Assembly (NCBI GenBank): GCA_038087875.1 | Contig: CM075986.1 | Coordinates: 13,144,001 to 13,208,000, forward strand | DNA length: 64,000 nucleotides | Direction: 5' to 3' | From: Malacoraja senta | Lineage: Eukaryota | In this document: piece after piece, positions 39,499 through 51,469 of the stretch | Layout of the letters: the number at the start of each line of letters is the position of its first letter | How positions within the stretch are numbered: position 1 is the first letter of the stretch | Notes under the pieces: generated by a model | The model's database searches: none | What the model was told of the DNA's origin: nothing | The model's input: the letters and a program-made list of their open reading frames with translations, nothing else | Translations under genes and position numbers: made by a program

Positions 39499-40291
39499 AA
39501 AGTATAAAGTATAAAGTTTCCTTTATTGTCATTCAAACTTTTAGTTTGAACGAAATTGCATACCTTGCAGTCATGACAGAGAATAAAATAACAGAACACA
39601 CAATGAACACAGTTTAACATCCACCACAGTGAGTCTAACAGACACCTCCTCACTGTGATGGAAGGCAAAAGTCTTAAAATCTTTATCTCTTCCTTCGTTG
39701 TTCTCCCTCTGCGTTGAGGCGATCCAGGCTTTCGATGTTGGGCCCCCCGCCAGGTGATGGTAAGTCCCGCGGCCGAATCCGAGCTCCGCGAACGGGCCGG
39801 TTCAAACTCCGCGGCCCGGGATGGACAAAGCTGCCACCCTCCAGTCCAGTGGACGAAGCTGTTGTTGCGGGAGCTCTGGAGAATCGGTCACCAACCTGGG
39901 ACCTGCGAGCTCCCGATGTTGTCGTCCACTGGGCCCGCGGCCGAAGCCTCCAAGGCTCCGAAGTCGGGCCGCCGATGCAGCGCCACCACAGCCCCGAAGT
40001 CGGCCAGCTTCGCGATGGTGAGTCCTGGCTCTGCCTCCGGAGCCTCGAGGTCGGTCCCAGTTGGAGGCCGCCAGCTCCGCGATTAGGCCTCAGAGCAGAC
40101 GGAGACGGGGATACGACAAAGAAAAGGTCGCATCTCCCCGAAGGAAGAGACTAAAACAAGTTCCCCCCCCCCTCCCCCCCACATATTCACAACTAAAAAT
40201 AAACTAAAACATACAAAAACTAAAACAAAAAAAAGGAAATGACAGACGGATTGCAGGCGAGCCGCAGCTGCATGGCAGCCGCTACTTCCGG
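39499..40291 (-). mobile_element. Young GC/CpG-rich non-autonomous non-LTR element (Rex1-like 3' end)
   Basis: Minus strand starts CCGGAAGTAGCGGC and ends GCAATTTCGTTCAAACT-AAA-AGTTTGAATGACAATAAAGG plus (ACTTTAT)n; no protein motifs. Confidence 0.7.
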
Positions 40292-40394
40292 AATTGTGTG
40301 TGGGAAGATGTTGGTCAACTTAGCCTATTGCTGATGCTACTTCCAAGTTAAGCTTGATACATATCCCATACAGAAGAAAGAAGAGTGATATATG

Positions 40395-40910
40395 TATATT
40401 AAGATGATGTCATCCTTGGTGTTGAGCAAAATAACGTTGACAAGTGGTTATAAGGCATCCTGTGACAAATATTGCAGTCTTCTATTCACTAGCAATGAAC
40501 AGGGCTACATTTTGTCCTTCGAATGAGGTGTCAAGCAAGTGGATTTCTTTATTTTGGGTGGTATTGAACTGGTTGAGTGTTGTTCCATGCCAATGCATCC
40601 AGGCAAGTAGAGAATAACATTCCATGCTTTTGACCTGACTTTGTAGGTGGTAGGAGACTTTGAAGAAATATAGAGTGGGCCACTTAGAACAAATACCCGG
40701 GCATTGATACTGGCTATAATGCAATGACATTTATATGCCATTTAATCGCCATCAATGTTTCTTGACGGCGATTATTTCAGTAAATTAAGAGGCGTCAAAA
40801 GTGATAATCACATTAAATGTCAAGAGCATATGGTTAGAGACTTTCGTCATGTAGATGATTATCATATGTCATTAATGAGGTGCAAAATGTTATGTGACAT
40901 CACCACAAGC
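40395..40910 (-). mobile_element. Degraded LINE 3' part (family of 46165-49160)
   Basis: ORF SPTTYKVRSKAWNVILYLPG resembles TIYKAQVRSVMEYSPL, matching 48780-48830 on +. Confidence 0.6.
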
Positions 40911-40944
40911 TTGATACTTTAAGTTATGTCTGTGCTGATCATGA

Positions 40945-42040
40945 TGCCAATCCATACGAATCCCATTTCCCTGAACTGGCTCCATATCCCTCTAGTCCCA
41001 GCTTGTTCATGTGATTACCTAAATGCATCTTAAATGTGACTATTATAGCTGCTTCTACCATTTAGCATTGCAGTGTGTTCCAGGCACTTACCACCCTCTG
41101 CGTAAAAACACATTGCATCACAAATTGCATTTCAAATTTATCTCTCTCACCTTAAACCCAAGCCTTCTAGAATTTGTGATTTCCATCCTGGGAAAGACTA
41201 GCTATCTTCTCTGCCTATGCCTCTCAAAATTTTATATACTTCCATCAGTTCACCCATCAACTTCCAATGCTCCAGTGAAAACAAACCAAAAGTTACAACA
41301 ATTCCACTATTACAAGATAACAGCTACTGCGAGGCATGTGATAGCAGAACACTTAAAAATGATAATGTAATTAGGAAGAGTTAGCTCAGATTTTTGAAAG
41401 GAAAATCAAATTTGACAAAATTACTAAATCCCTAGAGGTTACAAATATCAGAATAGATAAGAGTAAACCAATGATGTTATCTATTTGGATTTTAAAAAAT
41501 CATGTGATAATGTAACACATAAGAGGTCATTACACAATAATAATAATAATAATAATAATAATATGTTGAAATTGATTAGGGAGTGGTTAATGCAAAAAAA
41601 CAAAATAGGGATATATGGATCATCTATAGATTAGCACTGTGTATTCAGGTTTGCTGACAATACAGATACTCTTCAGAACCAGTAGAGACTGATTTAGGCT
41701 ACTCAATCTCTCCTCAGAGAATAAATTCAAAATAAAGTGGAAAAGCAAGCTGTGTAGACTTTACAATCATGGACATATGGAAGATTAAGTGAGTATGAAA
41801 AATGCAGTAAGAATGTATATGAGAAGTTGTGATTTAATTCCTGTTGAGACACAAATAAAATATCGTTAAATGGTAAAATATTGGATTTCAGCAAGATCTG
41901 GTTGTTCTTGCATTCAGATTACAGAACATTTAACATTAGAACATAATTGTATTATATTAAGATAATAGAGACCAAGTGTTTAACAAAAAAAGCCTTCCTG
42001 GGAACATTTGAAGTTGTAATGAGACCTATCTGTGCATAGA
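40945..42040. mobile_element. Degraded CR1 pieces (minus 40945-41290; plus 41335-42040)
   Basis: Minus 3' end up to an LFSLE-like region; plus IAEHL..KGKSNLTKLL..YLDF..RFADNT remnants. Confidence 0.65.
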
Positions 42041-42167
42041 TCTGATTACAATACCCTTCTGTTTAATCTGTGAACCTTGCATCTATGGGAGGTAAGTTAC
42101 TGGAGAGGATTCTGAGGATAAGATATATATATATACATTTGGATAGACGGGGGCTGATTAGGGATGC

Positions 42168-42243
42168 GTAAGAAGGGTTTGCAGATGCTGGTTTAAACCG
42201 AAGATATCGGAGAGAAGGAATGGGTGACGTTTCGGGTCGAGAC
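42168..42243 (-). repeat. Internally deleted Penelope terminal fragment
   Basis: TGCAGATGCTGGTTTAAACCGAAGATA|GGAGAGAAGGAATGGGTGACGTTTCGGGTCGAGAC. Confidence 0.7.
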
Positions 42244-42268
42244 AGCAGACATTATGTATTTGGACATC

Positions 42269-42400
42269 ATCTTCTTCTTGCGTATGGCGTGCACAGCCTA
42301 AAGTTGTCAGACAACTGTTTGATCTTCTGTTTGTGCACGCCAGGTTGATTGCATTTGTTGAAACAGGGTGGACCACGTGAAGGTTGCAATCTCCCACCCC
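42269..42400 (-). mobile_element. 132-bp ribozyme-headed mini-retroelement (SINE-like) with 11-bp TSD and (AAG)n tail
   Basis: TSD ATTTGGACATC at 42258-42268 and 42401-42411; 5' HDV-like fold; 11-bp stem TGGCGTGCACA/TGTGCACGCCA; ends CCATACGCAAGAAGAAGAT. Confidence 0.9.
42347..42400 (-). ncRNA. Minimal HDV-like (CPEB3-type) self-cleaving ribozyme, 54 nt
   Basis: P1 GGGGUGG/CCACCCU with G1-U wobble; J1/2 GA; P2 GAUUGCA/UGCAAUC; P3 ACC/GGU; L3 UUCACGU; GU after P1; 5-nt UUCAA in place of P4; J4/2 CAAA with candidate catalytic C at 42357. Confidence 0.85.
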
Positions 42401-44283
42401 ATTTGGACATCTACAGTTAATGACAGACCTACAGTGAATGTGGTAATGGGGGGGTTTGGTGGATAATATGCAAAATGAGTCATTCAGTTGTACTCTAATA
42501 CGTAAGCTACAGTGTTGGGTTCTAACCACTGACTGCTTAAGGGAAAGAACTCTTGTGCAAAATGCTGCATTTCTGTATCTCCATATAAAAACAAGCCTGA
42601 AATAAAGAAATATGGTTCTGGCTGAAAAGGAAACAGTTATAGAATTGCTTCACTTTTGTAAGATCTCAACACTGCACTCGGAAGTGGTTTCACAGTCGCA
42701 GTGCATGATTGAAAGACTGCGTGATAACATCCACAGGAGCAGACGTTTTGCAACGACCGTAGTTACAGTCGTATCAGATGTATTAGTAACCGCAACTCTC
42801 ATGAGCAGCATGTTAACAACAGCACCAAGGCAGGCAGCAATAAAGCACAGGTGTACTAAAGCTGCTCATATAAAATCTGTGCCATCAACATCAAAAAACG
42901 TTCCCAAGAATTAGATCAGATTTAACAATTGTTTATTCAATACAGCATCTTGAGTAAATGGATAGATTAGTATTTTTATCCCCCTTCAGTCACATACTTT
43001 CTGTTGTAAATCCATGGCTGAGCAACCATTTGAATATTCCTATTCAGACATTGATTTGAATAACAGTAAGTATCTAAACCAAAGTTTTATACAGTTGCAA
43101 CATGATTTTCCAACTTTTATTTTCAATGCCCCAACTGGTGAAGGCAAGCATGCCGTGCACCTTGTGTGACAGCAGGGTCTCAATAGACAAACTACTAAGA
43201 AGGACAAAGGCTTTAGGTGGATGGGAACACCAGAGCCTGCAGTTTGCCCGCTACTCTAATTTGCAAGTTAATTAGTATTAATGTATCGTCACTGGGACTA
43301 ATGCTAGAAGTCCTTCCCCCCAAATTACTGTGGAAGTAATTTCACAAGAAGTGCAGTAGTAGTTTAAGAAGAAGGCCACTTTATCAAGGACGGTTAAAAA
43401 AAATGTTAGCCTTGCCTGCAATAATCAGATTCTGAAAAATAGGTAAATAAAAAATGAAAGTGCTTTTTGCATTTATAGAGATGTGCATATTGAATATGCA
43501 GTTTCGAAATTGTAATGCCTGAATAATGACAAAGCACTCCAAATCTCACATCATCGTTTTTTCTGAGGAGAGTACTTGATATTCATACATAACTGAAATA
43601 CAACTCTCATAGGATCTAATGGCCTATTCCTGTGGCACTTCTTTCATATACCTGAACTGAAATTACATGGTGTACAGCAACACCAGATACTTATTAACAA
43701 TTCCATAATCATATTTCTAAAGCAGTCTAACTTGAACTATAACCACACAGATAATAGAACTACCTTTGAAAGGAGTTGTAATTGTTACAATCCAGAAAAT
43801 GTAGTGCTGTTAATAACAATGGAACTTCAAACCTTAGAAGCCAATTATTAAGAACATTTTGAAAAGATTTAAGCCCCTTGGTTTGTTAATGTTAAAAGCA
43901 ATTATCTGAATTTCCTATTTTCCTTGGAGTTTCAATGTAATTAATTGTCAGAGGCTGCACATTCAAGGCAGTATTAATACGATTCTGATGTCAATTAAGT
44001 CAGTTGTAGTTGGCAAACTTTGTCAATGTATCAGAAATGTATTTGTGAATGGAAATGTTAACTCAGTATTCTTGACAGCCTCCCGATGCAATGGAATCCT
44101 GTTTCAAATTCTAAGTGAATTCTACTTCTCATGTATTCTCTTTTCCCTTTCTACATATCATTAAGCTGGCAGAGCAACGTAAATGTTTCAACATTAAAGC
44201 TTGCCAAGTCCTCATCATGCATTTTGATGTAAACATGATAAGATGGTTGAACATATTTATTCCATCGGTGCACTCACATATTG

Positions 44284-45325
44284 TAGCAATGTTACAAAAT
44301 TTTGAGATTTAAAAAATAAAGTCTGCAATTTATCCCATCAGATAAAGCATAAAAAGAAGTTTAATTTGACACCTAATTCACTTTCATATCTTCAGTATTA
44401 AAGAAGTTATGGCCATTTTCATACTCTGAAGTTAGCATCTTGTTCCCTATTGCTTTTCCATTGACTTAACACAAAAGCTGTGATCGAGGACAGTCAAAAG
44501 CCCATAACTTTCTTAAAAATTAAGATAACTGAAAGAAATTTTCAGTTATTATAGATTGAAGCATTCTGAAACAAATATGAAACAATCTTACTTAGAAGAC
44601 ATGAAAGTAAAGCATATAATTAGTTAGTTACCTAATTGTAGCTAATTACAAAATTCAATTACTAGATCTAAACATCTATCAATTTCTTAAGAATAGATTA
44701 ACATTTTTAAATAGCCTAAGTGTCCAAATAACATTCACACAATAATTCACAATATAACATAATTTTTAAATCTCATTTTCATGAATTCACAGGCCAAATG
44801 GAAGGAATTGAATGTTTAATACCTGTAAATTAATGGGCATTTAATTCATCTTGTGAGTGAGGATTTCTGGAACGCGATCTTTTGGAACGTTCATTTGCGG
44901 TGAATTTAACCCTGTATTGGCATGAAAAATACTGCCGTTAATTCGGGGAATAAAATCACCGTGTCGCATGAAAAAATGTGAATTAAAGGCTTCTTAAGAA
45001 GCACTTTTATATATTTAAAGAAACCACTTTCGTTTACCTGTCCCGTGTGTGAAATCCGTCCCCGTTATCGGCGTTGACGCTTCAGGAGCTGCTTTTAAAA
45101 TTACTCTAGCGCTGACATTGACGATTTAATAAAAATAAAAAACACACAAATCGCCACTAGGAACGATTTTTCAGCCAACGCTTGTACTCCAACGAAATAT
45201 TAACCAGGACAAGGGAGGAGAAACCCGCGTTTTAACCCCGCCCCCCCCTTAAAGGCGCCAAAATCACGCACACGGCCAGTGGCAGAATTACAGCGCGACT
45301 GAAGGTAAGTTTTGTAACATACCTA
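44284..45325. mobile_element. Non-autonomous DNA transposon (~1.04 kb) with imperfect TIRs
   Basis: TIRs TAGCAATGTTACAAAATTT / TAGGTATGTTACAAAACTT (16/19); flanking direct repeat CATATTG at 44277-44283 and 45326-45332; no ORF; CpG-rich right end. Confidence 0.85.
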
Positions 45326-45789
45326 CATATTGGGTTGCCAACATTAAATTAATCTTGTAATGTTGTAGTGTTATGGCAAATTGCCCCAGAGTCAATTATG
45401 TTTCATTCAAACTATAAATTGAGAGAAGTTTGTATCTTCAGAAGGGTGCTGGGAGTACTGAGTTGCTTATTGGAATTGATTGAATTTTGAATTAGTCCTG
45501 CCCCACCCACTCAGTGGTTTTGTTCAAGTTCCTGTAATGGGCAGCTGCCACTTCCAACTCACGAGGGCCACATATGTTTTATCTTTGTGGTTTACAGTTA
45601 ATCATCTAGGAAATGGATCTGTATTACACACTGTTCTAAAAAAAAACGCCATAGAACGATGTCCGTTTACATACTTGGCGCTTTCCTTTTGCTCAGCTCT
45701 TACGAATAATTATTCTCCATGTTTTTAACTAGCCTAGTGGAATAAAACAGTTCAAGCTATTCAACACTGAGAGAATATAACCATTTTGC

Positions 45790-46050
45790 AGTACAACATC
45801 CTGCCCTTATGTAGCTTCTTCCCACAAGTATGATGTCCTGAGATGCTTTTGACGCTGAGTTACAGATATTAGGATGAGCATCCAAAGCCTTGGTCAGAGT
45901 TGTTCTTATAGAAGTAGAACGAAAGGAAGTGGAGAAGTTTATGAAAGGAATTTCAGAGCTTAGAGCCACGACAGCTGAGAGCACAGTTGCCAGTGATAGA
46001 GTGATGAAAATTGAGAATGTGCAGGAGCATTGGAGAATGCAGGATTAGGG
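45790..46050 (-). mobile_element. Old L2-like fragment
   Basis: GATATTAGG..CCAAAGCCTTGGTCAGAG..GGAATTTCAGAGCTTAG..CAGCTGA, recalled antisense L2 3' region; complementary to 63840-63960. Confidence 0.5.
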
Positions 46051-46164
46051 AATGCATCCCTCAGAGAGCGCAGACAGATTGCTGACTCAAACCCAGTGAA
46101 CAATATCACTTTCACAGGAGACAGTGAACGGTTGATGGAGGCCAATCATTTTAACCCCAAGGGT

Positions 46165-49160
46165 ATGATGATGGTGCAGTGACTAAGTTAGTAATCCTGA
46201 TGACCAGTCTATCATTTCACATGCATGAGTTCAAATCCCACTATGTCAGATGTGGAATTTAAATTTGGTTGAAATTTTTTATTTTTTTAAAAATAGTCTT
46301 AGTAATGATGATCGTGAAATGCCAGATTGTTTTAACAATCCATCTGATTCACACACGACTTTAAGCAAAGGAAATCTATCATCCTTACCCAGTCTTTGCC
46401 TATGTGTAATTTCAGACCCGCAGTAATGTTGGCTCCTAACTGCTTTCTGAAATGGGAACTCACTCAGTTGCATAATAACCACTATTTGGAAACAACAAAA
46501 AGAATAACTGGACAGATTACGTGGCATTGACCTAGACATCAAACTTTTAAATTCAAGTTTAGAGATATAGAATGGAAACAGGCCCACCAAGTCCACACTG
46601 ACCATCGGTCACCCATTCACATAAGTTCAATGTTATCTCACTTTCGCTTTCACTTCCTGCACATGGTGCAATTTACAGGTTCCAGTTGACCTACAAACAC
46701 GCACAGCTTTAGGATGTGGGAGGAAACTGGTGCATGTGGAGGAAACAGGGAGAATGTGCAAACTCCACACAGATAGCACCCAAGGTCAGGATCGAACCTG
46801 GGCCTCTGGCACTGTGAGGAAGCAGCTCTCCAGCTGCACCTCTGCAGTGGGATTTCGATGCAGTTAAACCAGACTTCTGAAGTCCCCCTTACAAACATCT
46901 GCCTAAATTGGGAGCATGTCCCACAGTCTAGTCAAATAATAGTCTGACAGATACTCTTCCATCACAATCCTTGGATGTGTCCTTTATCACCAGCTGGACA
47001 AATGTAGCAAAGGTAATGGCTCATAGTAGGAGCCATAGTAGGAGACTGGAAGGACTAGCCTTGTGAATCTACATCCTCCAGAACCTATGAAATCTTATAA
47101 CATTGCTCACTCCTTTAGCTGATGAATCAGTGTTTCATCATGTCGTACAATACTTGGCAGAAATTAGCAAAGGGATGGAATATACCGTGGATGGGAGATT
47201 TCATTGTCAATTGCCAAGGGTGCCTGGTATCACCGGCACTAATTGAGCGGGACAAGCCATGAAGGTCATGGCTGTAGATTGAATTAATGGCAGGTAGACT
47301 GAACGTAAGGTTAAACCAAATTGGCCATGTCCTTGCTAGTTTATATATAGCACATGCATTTATCTGTGTTAGCATCGGGAGAAGTGACTACTGCACTGTC
47401 CTTGTGGAAATAAAGCCCCAGCTATATACTGTAGATATTCAGCAACGTGTTATGTTGTACTATATTCTTGCTCTGAACAGATCTGGCAGGCATGTGGTGC
47501 CATGGACCTTCAGCAGCAGTAGCAATGACCCCTCCACGGTTTTGTGGTTCAGCATAACCTCGGATCAACCATTACAATCAAGTCAAAGGTTCAATGAGGA
47601 GTGCAAAAGGGCAAACAGGGTTTAGCTTCAGCTATACCTAAAAATGAGATGAATCTGTAACACAGGATTAAACTCAGGTTAAATAGCAAAAATAAGGTGC
47701 AATAGACAGAGCTAACGGATCCCATGGATTAGATCAAAACGTTTCAGTTCTACCAAAACCTAATCGTAAATGGTGATGGATAATTGATCAGTTAACAGGA
47801 CAGCAAGACTCAATAGTGCACTGGCACTATTCAATCAGATTATTCAATCTCCCTCCTACAATCATGATCACTATCATCATTATCCGTTATACATCCAACA
47901 ATTGTATCATCGACAAATTTAAAGATGGCATAGAAAATGTGTTTGGTTATATAGTCATTGGTCTAGAGAGGGTAGAGCAGAGGCTATCGAGGAGGAAGTG
48001 GTGTTGGCAAGTCGTAGCGATTGTGGCCGATATGCTAGTTACCACCAGTTATCATCAGAATGATGGAATAGTTCTTTAAAGTGTACTTTACTAATAAGCT
48101 GCTTACCAATGCTATTTTGGATTTCGGCTCGACCATCTGTCTCCAAAACGCCTCAAGAGTTTTGCACTAAAAAGTTGAATTCCAGATGTGCAGTGAGATT
48201 AACTGACATGAAGAGTGCATTTGATAGTGTGTGGCATTGAAATATTCCAGTGAAACCAAAGTTAAGGAGCATTGAAGGGGAAGTATTGCAATATCTGGAG
48301 GCATAACTCAAATCAAACAAAATATTTGTGTTGCTGGTTATTGGAGTCATTCATCCCAGCCCCAGGACATCACTGCAAGAGTTCCTAAGAACAATATCCT
48401 TACCCTGACCATTATCAGCTGCTTCATCAATGACCTTCTCACCCATAACGAAGCAGGAATGTTTGTTGATGATAGCACTGCGTGCAATGCCACTAACAAC
48501 TCCTCAACAAATAAAGCTCTTCATGTCTGTATGCAACAGGACCTTGACGACATTCATAGTTGGTCTGATAAGTGACAAATAATATTATTTCCAGGCAGTT
48601 GTTATCTCCAGCCACCCACCCTTGATATTCAATAGCATTGCCATGACCGAATAACCAAAGAGCTATGTTCGACCAGAAACCCAACTGGACCACCGTACAA
48701 AATACCGTGATTACATGACCAGATCAATAGTTGGGCATTCTGCAGCAAGTGACATAGCTCCAGATGTCTAAATCCTTTCAACCATCTGCAAGACTAAAGT
48801 CAAAAGTGTGTAGGAACACTCTTTTCTCTCCCTTACCAGCTTCAGTAGCACACAAAAAGACTGTCATTATCCATGCAAAAGAAACTTCATTGATTGCCAC
48901 CCATTATCCATACCAAACATTTATATATCTGGTTTATAAACTGCTTTATTTTCAAGGTTTATGCCTTCTTGACTTGGACATTTATCATCATTTGTTCGAT
49001 GTCACTGGTATGAATCTTTATACTCCATTGTCAATAGCATTATGGAAATACTTTCACCAGAAGAACTGTAGTTCAGGAATGTGGTTCACCATCACAAAAA
49101 CAATTATGCATGGTCAGCAAGTACTGGCCAAGTTAGCAAATCAGAAAATGAATGAATAAG
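46165..49160 (+). mobile_element. Old, near full-length LINE with tRNA-like 5' head (CR1/L2 group), interrupted by a SINE
   Basis: TGGTGCAGTG and GAGTTCAAATCCC boxes at ~46172-46240; WMGDF (~47190), DMKSAFDSVWH (48205), MFVDD (48459-48473); ends ATGAATGAATAAG. Confidence 0.65.
46555..46845 (-). mobile_element. tRNA-derived SINE (HE1/V-SINE type)
   Basis: GGATCGAACCTGGG B-box, GGGAGAATGTGCAAACTCCACAC, GGAAACAGGCCC tail. Confidence 0.85.
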
Positions 49161-49200
49161 ACACACCACCATGGTTGAAATGGGCAGTTTGTAGTTGCAA

Positions 49201-49957
49201 TATCTAAATGGCGTCAAGTTGGGAAAAGGGGAAGTACAACGGGATCTGGGGGTCCTTGTTCATCAGTCTATGAAAGTAAGCATGCAGGTACAACAGGCAG
49301 TGAAGAAAGCGAATGGCATGTTGGCCTTTATAACAAGAGGAGTCGAATATAGGAGCAAAGAGGTCCTTCTGCAGTTGAACAGAGCCCTAGTGAGACCGCA
49401 CCTGGAGTATTGTGTGCAGTTTTGGTCCCCTAATTTGAGGAAGGGCATTCTTGCTATTGAGGGAGTGCAGCGTAGGTTTACAAGGTTAATTCCCGGGATG
49501 GCGGGACTGTCAAATGCTGAGAGACTGGAGCGGCTGGGCTTGTACACTCTGGAGTTTAGAAGGATGAGAGGGAATCTCATTGAAACATATAAGATTGTTA
49601 AGGGTTTGGACACGCTAGAGGCAGGAAACATGTTCCCGATGTTGGGGGAGTCCAGAACCAGGGGCCACAGTTTAAGAATAAGGAATAAGCCATTTAGAAC
49701 GGAGACGAGGAAACACTTTTTCTCACAGAGAGTTGTGAGTCTGTGGAATTCTCTGCCTCAGATGGCAGTGGAGGCAGGTTCTCTGGATGCTTTCAAGAGA
49801 GAGCTAGATAGGGCTGTTAAAAATAGCAGAGTCAGGGGATATGGGGAGAAGGCAGGAACGGGGTACTGATTGGGGATGAGCAGCCATGATCATATTAAAT
49901 GGCGGTGCTGGCTCGAAGGGCCGAATGGCCTACCCCTGCACCTATTGTCTATTGTCT
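49201..49957 (+). mobile_element. Young 5'-truncated CR1 (RT C-terminus plus 3' UTR)
   Basis: Open frame [34 protein letters not shown]; (TATTGTC)n tail. Confidence 0.95.
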
Positions 49958-51469
49958 AATAGTGTCATGACTGTGTATGAGAAGATCATCTTGACAGTTG
50001 AGCAAGAATTCCAAAGTTGTTACAGAGCCAAATTGAAAATTAAATCTTAAATTCTCCATGGAAAGGAGATTCAGAGAAAAGTCAGTGAAGAATATCTAGC
50101 TGCAATTTTTGTGGAAACTACCATATGTTCATCACTGACCAACTCAATGCTATCACGGGCAGAACCAATGAATGTGATGCTGGCTGCATCGAGAATGAAA
50201 TAGTGCAGGGTAGCAGGTAGGAGAATACTTGCAGAAGGAAGGTAACGTCAGAGGACGAGGCTCAAAAGTGAACTTGTGAAAGGGCTGCATTTATTAAAAA
50301 TGTATTACTATTTAGTATTGGGAAGCAGTTTCACAATCTATGCAGACTGCTGACCGACCAAGATTTTACACTGTTCTGCTGTGAAGTCAGTGCAGAATTT
50401 GTGCTTTTGGCTTTCTGAATTCCACTTTGGTTCAGTTGCCAAGCCTCAGAGAGATTCACCCCTGGCAAAAACAAATTGCTTGGGACTGGACTGGCTTTGG
50501 ATGAGCTTAATTTAACAGCTGAGGTCCAATGCATGGAACTGCAAAGAAAACATTTAATTACACCCATTGCTGCTTCGTAATGTGTGTCCCGTCACTTGCT
50601 GCCTCTCAGCCTCTTAAAATAAAATCAGCTTTAGTGAATACAAAAGTGGTTACGCATTCCCATACACAAATGGTGCTCGTTTTATTGAAGAAAGCAGAAT
50701 ATATGACCTCCAACTACTGAAACCTGAACAACATGAGTATTTAAACCACTTCCCTCCAGCTGACCTGCAGCATGAAGCAAGCATCCTGTTGATCACATGC
50801 ACTAAAAGGTCCTGGCTCTCATTGTGTCTGGCGTAGTTTGCCATATGTTGCACAATCCTTCAGGTTAAGTGGGCAATAAATCCACCTAGAGGCAGCTGTT
50901 TTGTGATCCTGTGGAATTTTTCAGGATTCAAAACCCTGGGCTGCTGTATTCTAAGTAATGTAGAGTACAGATGTTAACAGCAGCTGAGGAACAGATTCCC
51001 TGCAAAAGAATTAGAGCAGTTAATTAACTAGCCAATTTTGTGCAAAGCTCCCACTGCTTAAACTGACACGGATCTAAGAAGGTTTTCAGGATATTGCATA
51101 GAATGGGAAAAAAATCCCACCTGCTTGAATATGCACCTCAACTGTGGAGGTGCATTATACAACCAGGGGTAAAAATCCTATTTAGTTTAACAGATGCATT
51201 GTAAGGCTTCAATAACTGTAGAGTAATTGCATTAGAAACATAGAAATTAGAAGCAGGCCATTCATTATGATTATGGCTGATCATCCTAGTTCAATAAACT
51301 ATTTCTGTTTTTATCCCATATCCCTAGATCTCATTAAAGCCATGTTTAACGCTTGAATTTATTAAATGTTTCTACTGTATTTTATAGTAAAGAATTCCAC
51401 TGGTTCAATACTGTGTGGTGCAAGAAGACTGGAGGCTGGCTAACGGGCTTCTGTTTAAGACTGCAGGGA

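Noticed and set aside
39714-40154. Three overlapping ORFs up to 146 aa
   Set aside because: Expected from the high GC content of the non-coding repeat; no recognisable motifs.
42612-42914. 100-aa ORF with slightly elevated CpG
   Set aside because: No motifs and no clear splice sites.
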